Positions 30,091 through 42,000 of a stretch of DNA of 64,000 nt are shown in pieces. The notes beneath the pieces were generated by a model. The model had not been told where the DNA came from, searched no databases, and saw only the letters and a list, made by a program, of their open reading frames with translations. Numbering within the stretch: position 1 is the stretch's first letter; each line of letters begins with the position of its first letter. A program made the position numbers and the translations under genes. Source of the DNA: Eledone cirrhosa (Eukaryota); assembly GCA_964016885.1 (NCBI GenBank), contig OZ024753.1, forward strand, positions 23,746,001-23,810,000, read 5' to 3'.

Positions 30091-31240
30091 TTCTTGTATA
30101 TCTCTTTCTCACTTTTTATCCTTCTTTGGAAGAAATCTTCTGTATTCAGACCTGGAGTGAAGTTTTAAAAATTCCCTAGAAACTTAGTATGTTAATAGGG
30201 CTCCTCTACAACTCCATGAGGAGTTACGGGACTAAATAAATAAGGATTATCGGTGATAGACCTGCAATGTATTTACAGTGAGGCGGGGAGGGGCAATTAT
30301 CTTATTCGCTTCCCGTTTCGTGACTTATACACTTTACGTCTCGTCGTCATTACAACGATAAACTATGTAATATTAATCAACTAAAGCCAATATCAATTAC
30401 AGGGTAGTGGCTCAATCCGACATAAACAAAAATATCTATGAAAGGAAAAGTAGGAAGATCGTCAGAAAAGTTTCTAAGCTGAGTATGAAGGAGTGATGCT
30501 AGAGCTGTGAGATCTTGCATCCATTAACTTTAGTTTCCTTCCGAGAACTATTTTGAAAAAATAAACTTCATTTGGTCATTCCATGAGATTCTCATCCTAT
30601 GAACTGTTCAGCCGACTCACAAACTATAAACCTGCTATTTGTGAAAGATATGTTACTGGGTAGATATGTTCATCATCTAACATTCCTGACTGTAAACTGC
30701 TACCGTGATAGTAAAATCCTCAGTTGGACGTAGTAGCTGCCTGGCAAAATTGATGACTGACTGGCTGGTTGGTTGACTAACATTAATATCAGATCAGCTC
30801 ACGGCAAATCGCCCATAACTTCTGAATTTTGAGGAATAGGAAAATATGATTCTATTGATGCGGAACAATATTATATTAAAACAAGAAATGATCGACAAGA
30901 TTGCAGGCCTCGTTTACCAAGTGTGTGTGTGGGGGGGGGGGAGCTCGTCAAATCGAACCAAGGAAATAATCGAACCCGGTCATTCAAATGATCATAGTAT
31001 AATAAACCTTTCAAGGATTTACACAAGTCCAGCCTCCTGTCATTTCATTATAATATTTAACTCCGTAATAGCACCACCAACTAGAAAAACAAAGACGGTT
31101 GAACTGCCTTACGTTGAGTACTCTCTATATTATTGCATTACGATTGACCATACGGAATAGACCAGCTCTATACAGTGGTGAACTTCAAACCTGAATATAT
31201 ATTAAATATATATATATATTATATATATATATATATTAAA

Positions 31241-31272
<32 letters not shown>

Positions 31273-31355
31273 TAAATATATATTATATATATATATATAT
31301 ATATTAAATATATATATATATTATATATATATATATATATTATATATATATATAT

Positions 31356-31389
<34 letters not shown>

Positions 31390-31398
31390 ATATATTAT

Positions 31399-31615
31399 AG
31401 TAATAATAATAAATTTGAAGACTAAAATCCAAAGAGGGCTCGATAAGGATAAATATATATCAAATATATAAGAACTGTAGAGCAAATATTTATTAAAATA
31501 ACAGATTAAAGTTTAAGCAAAGAATCGCTGCTTTCACCCTTAACGGGATCTTGACCCGTTAAGGATGAAAGCAGCCATTCCTTGCTTAAACTTTAATCTG
31601 TTATTTTAATAAATA
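31399..31615. mobile_element. Family C pLTR mini fold-back
   Basis: 31399-31552 matches 19691-19842; 31555-31615 is its inverted end; flanked by AT microsatellite. Confidence 0.85.
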
Positions 31616-31654
31616 TATATATTATATATATATTAAATATATATATATATATAT

Positions 31655-31745
<91 letters not shown>

Positions 31746-31748
<3 letters not shown>

Positions 31749-32099
31749 CTGCGGTAAGAATTTTTTCTTATATCAAAGTTTAATGGGCTTCCACTGAAGA
31801 TTTATAAGTGCCCACCTAAATATATTCTTACATGAATATATGTTAGGCTTCTACATAAACTGGAAACATTCTCCCAACTTATAGAAAACTTATAATGAAA
31901 CAATTGTTTGGAAAGAGAGATATATTTTAACTTTAATTATATCTCATAAAATAATACAACTGGCTTTCCACAAAATACATATAGTTATCACCCTAAACAC
32001 TTAAATTGGGTTATACTAACATATAACCTAATGTTTGTTGAGTGAGATGGTTACCAGTCGCAGTTTAGCGTTAAGCTATCTCTGTTATTTTATTAAATA
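31746..32099 (+). mobile_element. Solo, diverged, inverted copy of the ribozyme-bearing part of the 1-kb satellite monomer
   Basis: Reverse complement of ~33690-34041 with scattered substitutions; (AT)n on both sides. Confidence 0.9.
31789..31913 (+). ncRNA. Type I hammerhead ribozyme family D (solo copy)
   Basis: TTCCA-CTGAAGA-T-TTATAAG...CTTATAA-T-GAAA-CAATTG-TT^TGGAA. Confidence 0.78.
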
Positions 32100-32115
32100 T
32101 ATTATATATATATAT

Positions 32116-32169
<54 letters not shown>

Positions 32170-32473
32170 ATATTTATTATATATATATATATTAAATATA
32201 TATATATATATTATATATATATATATATTAAATATATATATTATATATATATATATTATATTAAATATATATATTATATATAATATATATATATATATAT
32301 ATTATATATAAATATATATATTATATATATATATATTATATATATATATATATATTATATATATATATTATATATATATTATATATATATATATTATATA
32401 TATATTATATATATATATATTATATATATATATATTATATATATATATATTATATATATATATTAAATATATA

Positions 32474-33077
32474 GTAATAATAATAAAATTGAAGACTAAA
32501 ATCCAAAGAGGGCTCGATAAGGATAAACATATATCAAATATATAAGAACCGTAGAGCAAATATTTATTAAAATAACAGATTAAAGTTTAAGCAAAGAATC
32601 GCTGCTTTCACCGTTAACGGGATCTTCTGAAACAAACAAAGTCAATCTGTAAACGCAGAACTGGATATTTCAAAAAACGTTGCAACCGGAGGAAGACAGG
32701 AAGACGATACTTTGGTTCGTGGAAACGTTCGTTGGCAAAGAACGGGAAAAAACGAATAATACGTCATTAATAGGAGCGGTGAAAAACAATTACGCGCAAA
32801 GACAGAACCACGTTAATGGTATAAAAGAGGTCGTAGACTAATGTTCTCTTAGATGGTGCATAGAGACGTTCTCAGGCAATGAACGAAAACGAAGATAATA
32901 CGTTATAATTTTAGTCTACGACTTCTGCTATACCATTTACGTGGTTTTGTCTTGGCGTGCTATTGTTCTCCACGCTCCACATATGACGTATTATCTTCGT
33001 TTTTCATTCATTGCCAGAGAACGTCTCTATGCACCACCTAAGAGAACATTAGTCTACGACCTTTTTTATACCATAAA
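32474..33077. mobile_element. Family C pLTR fold-back, cut off by the satellite array; contains an HHR-C copy at 32577-32648 (minus)
   Basis: 32474-32903 matches 19691-~20118; 32903-33077 is an inverted pLTR segment ending exactly where the array starts. Confidence 0.85.
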
Positions 33078-36000
33078 ATGACCGGCAAATTTGAATTTCC
33101 AGCAGTTTTTGACTGAGGAAGTATTGTAGCGTCACTAAGCGGGAAGGGGAGACAACCAAGATCCACGAAAGGAGGAAAAAAAAATAATATACACGCGGGT
33201 TAATTAGTGTTTTCGAAAACATTATCAATCCAACGTGTTAAGAACTCAATTGAAATTTAAAAAATAAATATATGCGTGTATAAATTACACACGCATATAG
33301 ATATTTTCTTAGGCTAAAATCAGAGGTTGTACCTGAATAAGAAACCGCATCTCGTAACCGTAGTAAATACGGAAAATTATGGTTTAAAGGGCAAATGGGA
33401 ATGTAAATCTCCGGCCGAATTAAGAGTAAAATATAAAACACAAGCAGGTTAATTAGTTATTTCAAAACCAATATCAATTCCTCGTTTAAAGAACTCAATT
33501 AATTTAAAAAAATAAATGTATGCATGTAATTATATACATAGGCATATATATATATTTTCCTAGGCTAAAAAACTGAGAAGTTACAACCAATAAAAACCAC
33601 AATATCGCACAACAGTAATAAATACGGAAGGTCAAACTTATAAGGTACCTGGAAATAAACACCTCTGGCCAATCAAGAGTAAAATATTAATACAATAACA
33701 GAGATAGGTTAAAGCTAATCTCTGACTGGTAACCATCTCACTCAACAAACATTAGGTTGTATTTTAATATAAACCCAATTTAAGTGTTTGGGGTGCTAAC
33801 AATATGTATTATGTGGAAAAGCCAGTTGCATTATTTTATGAGATATAATTAAAGTTAAAATATATCTCTCTTTCCAAACAATTGTTTCATTATAAGTTTT
33901 CTAGAAATTCGGAGAATATTTCCAGTTTATGTAGAAGCCTAATATACATTCATGTAAGAATATATTTAGGTGGGCGCTTATAAATCATCAGTGGAAGCCC
34001 ATTAAACTTTGATATAAGAAAAACATTTCTTACCATAGTTAAAAATCGTGTCTGTTAATTTGCTCCCTCCCGCATCGAATGACCGGCAAATTTGAAATTC
34101 CAGCAGTTTTTGAGTGAGGAAGTATTGTAACGTCACTAAGCGGCAAGGGGAGACAACCAAGATCCACGAAAGGAGGAACAAAAATAATATACACGCGGGT
34201 TAATTAGCTGTTTCGAAAACATTATCAATCCAACGTGTTAAGAACTGAATTGAAATTAATAAAAATAAATATATGCGTGTATAAATTACACACGCATATA
34301 GATATTTTCTTAGGCTAAAATCAGAGGTTGTACCTGAATAAGAAACCGCATCTCGTAACCGTAGTAAATACGGAAAGTTATGGTTTAAAGGGCAAATGGG
34401 AATGTAAATCTCCGGCCGAATTAAGAGTAAAATATAAAACACACGCAGTTTAATTAGTTATTTCAAATCCAATATCAATTCCTCGTGTAAAGAACTCAAT
34501 TAATTTAAAAAAATAAATGTATGCATGTAATTATATACATAGGCATATATATATATTTTCCTAGGCTAAAAAACAGAGAAGTTACAACCAATATAAACCA
34601 CAATATCGCACAACAGTAATAAATACGGAAGGTCAAACTTATAAGGTACCTGGATATAAACACCTCTGGCCAATCAAGAGTAAAATATTAATACAATAAC
34701 AGAGATAGGTTAAAGCTAATCTCTGACTGGTAACCACCTCACTCAACAAACATTAGGTTGTATTTTAATATAAACCCAATTTAAGTGTTTGGGGTGCTAA
34801 CAATATGTATTATGTGGAAAAGCCAGTTGCATTATTTTATGAGATATAATTAAAGTTAAAATATATCTCTCTTTCCAAACAATTGTTTCATTATAAGTTT
34901 TCTACAAATTCGGAGAATATTTCCAGTTTATGTAGAAGCCTAATATACATTCATGTAAGAATATATTTAGGTGGGAGCTTATAAATCATCAGTGGAAGCC
35001 CATTAAACTTTGATATAAGAAAAACATTTCTTACCATAGTTAAAAATCGTGTCTGTTAATTTGCTCCCTCCCGCATCGAATGACCGGCAAATTTGAAATT
35101 CCAGCAGTTTTTGAGTGAGGAAGTATTGTAACGTCACTAAGCGGCAAGGGGAGACAACCAAGATCCACGAAAGGAGGAAAGAAAATAATATACACGCGGG
35201 TTAATTAGCTTTTTCGAAAAAATTATCAATCCAACGTGTTAAGAACTCAATTGAAATTAAAAAAATAAATATATGCGTGTATAAATTACACACGCATATA
35301 GATATTTTCTTAGGCTAAAATCAGAGGTTGTACCTGAATAAGAAACCGCATCTCGTAACCGTAGTAAATACGGAAAATTATGGTTTAAAGGGCAAATGGG
35401 AATGTAAATCTCCGGCCGAATTAAGAGTAAAATATAAAACACAAGCAGGTTAATTAGTTATTTCAAAACCAATATCAATTCCTCGTGTAAAGAACTCAAT
35501 TAATTAAAAAAAATAAATGTATGCATGTAATTATATACATAGGCATATATATATATTTTCCTAGGCTAAAAAACTGAGAAGTTACAACCAATAAAAACCA
35601 CAATATCGCACAACAGTAATAAATACGGAAGGTCAAACTTATAAGGTACCTGGAAATAAACACCTCTGGCCAATCAAGAGTAAAATATTAATACAATAAC
35701 AGAGATAGGTTAAAGCTAATCTCTGACTGGTAACCACCTCACTCAACAAACATTAGGTTGTATTTTAATATAAACCCAATTTAAGTGTTTGGGGTGCTAA
35801 CAATATGTATTATGTGGAAAAGCCAGTTGCATTATTTTATGAGATATAATTAACGTTAAAATATATCTCTCTTTCCAAACAATTGTTTCATTATAAGTTT
35901 TCTACAAATTCGGAGAATATTTCCAGTTTATGTAGAAGCCTAATATACATTCATGTAAGAATATATTTAGGTGGGAGCTTATAAATCATCAGTGGAAGCC

Positions 36001-39000
36001 CATTAAACTTTGATATAAGAAAAACATTTCTTACCATAGTTAAAAATCGTGTCTGTTAATTTGCTCCCTCCCGCATCGAATGACCGGCAAATTTGAAATT
36101 CCAGCAGTTTTTGAGTGAGGAAGTATTGTAACGTCACTAAGCGGCAAGGGGAGACAACCAAGATCCACGAAAGGAGGAAAGAAAATAATATACACGCGGG
36201 TTAATTAGCTTTTTCGAAAAAATTATCAATCCAACGTGTTAAGAACTCAATTGAAATTAAAAAAATAAATATATGCGTGTATAAATTACACACGCATATA
36301 GATATTTTCTTAGGCTAAAATCAGAGGTTGTACCTGAATAAGAAACCGCATCTCGTAACCGTAGTAAATACGGAAAATTATGGTTTAAAGGGCAAATGGG
36401 AATGTAAATCTCCGGCCGAATTAAGAGTAATATATAAAACACAAGCAGGTTAATTAGTTATTTCAAAACCAATATCAATTCCTCGTGTAAAGAACTCAAT
36501 TAATTAAAAAAAATAAATGTATGCATGTAATTATATACATAGGCATATATATATATTTTCCTAGGCTAAAAAACTGAGAAGTTACAACCAATAAAAACCA
36601 CAATATCGCACAACAGTAATAAATACGGAAGGTCAAACTTATAAGGTACCTGGAAATAAACACCTCTGGCCAATCAAGAGTAAAATATTAATACAATAAC
36701 AGAGATAGGTTAAAGCTAATCTCTGACTGGTAACCATCTCACTCAACAAACATTAGGTTGTATTTTAATATAAACCCAATTTAAGTGTTTGGGGTGCTAA
36801 CAATATATATTATGTGGAAAAGCCAGTTGCATTATTTTATGAGATATAATTAAAGTTAAAATATATCTCTCTTTCCAAACAATTGTTTCATTATAAGTTT
36901 TCTAGAAATTCGGAGAATATTTCCAGTTTATGTAGAAGCCTAATATACATTCATGTAAGAATATATTTAGGTGGGCGCTTATAAATCATCAGTGGAAGCC
37001 CATTAAACTTTGATATAAGAAAAACATTTCTTACCATAGTTAAAAATCGTGTCTGTTAATTTGCTCCATCCCGCATCGAATGACCGGCAAATTTGAAATT
37101 CCAGCAGTTTTTGAGTGAGGAAGTATTGTAACGTCACTAAGCGGCAAGGGGAGACAACCAAGATCAAAGGAAAGGAGGAAAAAAAATAATATACACGCGG
37201 GTTAATTAGCTTTTTCGAAAACATTATCAATCCAACGTGTTAAGAACTGAATTGAAATTGAAAAAAATAAATATATGCGTGTATAAATTACACACGCATA
37301 TAGATATTTTCTTAGGCTAAAATCAGAGGTTGTACCTGAATAAGAAACCGCATCTCGTAACCGTAGTAAATACGGAAAGTTATGGTTTAAAGGGCAAATG
37401 GGAATGTAAATCTCCGGCCGAATTAAGAGTAAAAAAAAAAACACACGCAGGTTAATTAGTTATTTCAAAACCAATATCAATTCCTCGTGTAAAGAACTCA
37501 ATTAATTAAAAAAAATAAATGTATGCATGTAATTATATACATAGGCATATATATATATTTTCCTAGGCTAAAAAACTGAGAAGTTACAACCAATAAAAAC
37601 CACAATATCGCACAACAGTAATAAATACGGAAGGTCAAACTTATAAGGTACCTGGAAATAAACACCTCTGGCCAATCAAGAGTAAAATATTAATACAATA
37701 ACAGAGATAGGTTAAAGCTAATCTCTGACTGGTAACCATCTCACTCAACAAACATTAGGTTGTATTTTAATATAAACCCAATTTAAGTGTTTGGGGTGCT
37801 AACAATATATATTATGTGGAAAAGCCAGTTGCATTATTTTATGAGATATAATTAAAGTTAAAATATATCTCTCTTTCCAAACAATTGTTTCATTATAAGT
37901 TTTCTAGAAATTCGGAGAATATTTCCAGTTTATGTAGAAGCCTAATATACATTCATGTAAGAATATATTTAGGTGGGCGCTTATAAATCATCAGTGGAAG
38001 CCCATTAAACTTTGATATAAGAAAAACATTTCTTACCATAGTTAAAAATCGTGTCTGTTAATTTGCTCCCTCCCGCATCGAATGACCGGCAAATTTGAAA
38101 TTCCAGCAGTTTTTGAGTGAGGAAGTATTGTAACGTCACTAAGCGGCAAGGGGAGACAACCAAGATCAAAGAAAAGGAGGAAAAAAAATAATATACACGC
38201 GGGTTAATTAGCTTTTTCGAAAACATTATCAATCCAACGTGTTAAGAACTGAATTGAAATTGAAAAAAATAAATATATGCGTGTATAAATTACACACGCA
38301 TATAGATATTTTCTTAGGCTAAAATCAGAGGTTGTACCTGAATAAGAAACCGCATCTCGTAACCGTAGTAAATACGGAAAGTTATGGTTTAAAGGGCAAA
38401 TGGGAATGTAAATCTCCGGCCGAATTAAGAGTAAAAATTAAAACACACGCAGGTTAATTAGTTATTTCAAATCCAATATCAGTTCCTCGTGTAAAGAACT
38501 CAATTAATTTAAAAAAATAAATGTATGCATGTAATTATATACATAGGCATATATATATATTTTCCTAGGCTAAAAAACAGAGAAGTTACAACCAATAAAA
38601 ACCACAATATCGCACAACAGTAATAAATACGGAAGGTCAAACTTATAAGGTAGCTGGAAATAAACACCTCTGGCCAATCACGAGTAAAATATTAATACAA
38701 TAACAGAGATAGGTTAAAGCTAATCTCTGACTGGTAACCATCTCACTCAACAAACATTAGGTTGTATTTTAATATAAACCCAATTTAAGTGTTTGGGGTG
38801 CTAACAATATGTATTATGTGGAAAAGCCAGTTGCATTATTTTATGAGATATAATTAAAGTTAAAATATATCTCTCTTTCCAAACAATTGTTTCATTATAA
38901 CTTTTCTACAAATTCGGAGAATATTTCCAGTTTATGTAGAAGCCTAATATACATTCATGTAAGAATATATTTAGGTGGGCGCTTATAAATCATCAGTGGA

Positions 39001-42000
39001 AGCCCATTAAACTTTGATATAAGAAAAACATTTATTAACATAGTTAAAAATCGTGTCTGTTAATTTGCTCCCCCCGCATCGAATGACCTGCAAATTTGAA
39101 ATTCCAGCAGTTTTTGACTGAGGAAGTATTGTAGCGTCACTAAGTGGGAAGGGGAGACAACCAAGATCCACGAAAGGAGGAAAAAAAAATAATATACACG
39201 CGGGTTAATTAGTTTTTTCGAAAACATTATCAATCTGACTGTTAACCATCTCACTCAACAAACATTAGGTTGTATTTTAATATTAACCCAATTTAAGTGT
39301 TTGGGGTGCTAACAATATATATTATGTGGAAAAGCCAGTTGCATTATTTTATGAGATATAATTAAAGTTAAAATATATCTCTCTTTCCAAACAATTGTTT
39401 CATTATAAGTTTTCTACAAATTCGGAGAATATTTCCAGTTTATGTAGAAGCCTAATATACATTCATGTGAGAATATATTTAGGTGGGCGCTTATAAATCA
39501 TCAGTGGAAGCCCATTAAACTTTGATATAAGAAAAACATTTCTTACCATAGTTAAAAATCGTGTCTGTTAATTTGCTCCCTCCCGCATCGAATGACCGGC
39601 AAATTTGAAATTCCAGCAGTTTTTGACTGAGGAAGTATTGTAGCGTCACTAAGCGGCAAGGGGAGACAACCAAGATCCATGAAAGGAGGAAAAAATATAA
39701 TATACACGCGGGTTAATTAGCTTTTTCGAAAACATTATCAATCCAACGTGTTAAGAACTCAATTGAAATTTAAAAAATAAATATATGCGTGTATAAATTA
39801 CACACGCATATAGATATTTTCTTAGGCTAAAATCAGAGGTTGTACCTGAATAAGAAACCGCATCTCGTAACCGTAGTAAATACGGAAAGTTATGGTTTAA
39901 AGGGCAAATGGGAATGTAAATCTCCGGCCGAATTAAGAGTAAAATATAAAACACACGCAGGTTAATTAGTTATTTCAAAACCAATATCAATTCCTCGTGT
40001 AAAGAACTCAATTAATTAAAAAAAATAAATGTATGCATGTAATTATATACATAGGCATATATATATTTTCCTAGGCTAAAAAACAGAGAAGTTACAACCA
40101 ATAAAAACCACAATATCGCACAACAGTAATAAATACGGAAGGTCAAACTTATAAGGTACCTGGAAATAAACACCTCTGGCCAATCAAGAGTAAAATATTA
40201 ATACAATAACAGAGATAGTTTAAACCTAATCTCTGACTGATAACCATCTCACTCAACAAACATTAGGTTGTATTTTAATATAAACCCAATTTAAGTGTTT
40301 GGTGTGCTAACAATATGTATTATGTGGAAAAGCCAGTTGCATTATTTTATGAGATATAATTAAAGTTAAAATATATCTCTCTTTTCAAACAATTGTTTCA
40401 TTATAAGTTTTCTACAAATTCGGAGAATATTTCCAGTTTATGTAGAAGCCTAATATACATTCATGTAAGAATATATTTAGGTGGGCCCTTATAAATCATC
40501 AGTGGAAGCCCATTAAACTTTGATATAAGAAAAACATTTCTTACCATAGTTAAAAATCGTGTCTGTTAATTTGCTCCCTCCCGCATCGAATGACCGGCAA
40601 ATTTGAAATTCCAGCAGTTTTTGAGTGAGGAAGTATTGTAACGTCACTAAGCGGCAAGGGGAGACAACCAAGATCCACGAAAGGAGGAAAAAAAATAATA
40701 TACACGCGGCTTAATTAGCTTTTTCGAAAACATTATCAATCCAACGTGTTAAGAACTCAATTGAAATTTTAAAAATAAATATATGCGTGTATAAATTACA
40801 CTCGCATATAGATATTTTCTTAGGCTAAAATCAGAGGTTGTACCTGAATAAGAAACCGCATCTCGTAACCGTAGTAAATACGGAAAGTTATGGTTTAAAG
40901 GGCAAACGGGAACGTAAATCTCCGGCCGAATTAGGAGTAAAATATAAAACACACGCAGGTTAATTAGTTATTTCAAAACCAATATCAATTCCTCGTGTAA
41001 AGAACTCAATTAATTTAAAAAAATAAATGTATGCATGTAATTATATACATAGGCATATATATATATTTTCCTAGGCTAAAAGACAGAGAAGTTACAACCA
41101 ATAAAAACCACAATATCGCACAACAGTAATAAATACGGAAGGTCAAACTTATGAGGTAGCTGGAAATAAACACCTCTGGCCAATCAAGAGTAAAATATTA
41201 ATACAATAACAGAGATAGTTTAAAGCTAATCTCTGACTGGTAACCATCTCACTCAACAAACATTAGGTTGTATTTTAATATAAACCCAATTTAAGTGTTT
41301 GGGGTGCTAACAATATGTATTATGTGGAAAAGCCAGTTGCATTATTTTATGAGATATAATTAAAGTTAAAATATATCTCTCTTTCCAAACAATTGTTTCA
41401 TTATAAGTTTTCTACAAATTCGGAGAATATTTCCAGTTTATGTAGAAGCCTAATATACATGCATGTAAGAATATATTTAGGTGGGCGCTTATAAATCATC
41501 AGTGGAAGCCCATTAAACTTTGATATAAGAAAAACATTTCTTACCATAGTTAAAAATCGTGTCTGTTAATTTGCTCCCTCCCGCATCGAATGACCGGCAA
41601 ATTTGAAATTCCAGCAGTTTTTGACTGAGGAAGTATTGTAGCGTCACTAAGCGGCAAGGGGAGACAACCAAGATCCACGAAAGGAGGAAAAAATATAATA
41701 TACACGCGGGTTAATTAGCTTTTTCGAAAACATTATCAATCCAACGTGTTAAGAACTCAATTGAAATTAAAAAAATAAATATATGCGTGTATAAATTACA
41801 CACGCATATAGATATTTTCTTAGGCTAAAATCAGAGGTTGTACCTGAATGAGAAACCGCATCTCGTAAACGTAGTAAATACGGAAAGTTATGGTTTAAAG
41901 GGCAAATGGGAATGTAAATCTCCGGCCGAATTAAGAGTAAAATATAAAACACACGCAGGTTAATTAGTTATTTCAAAACCAATATCAATTCCTCGTGTAA

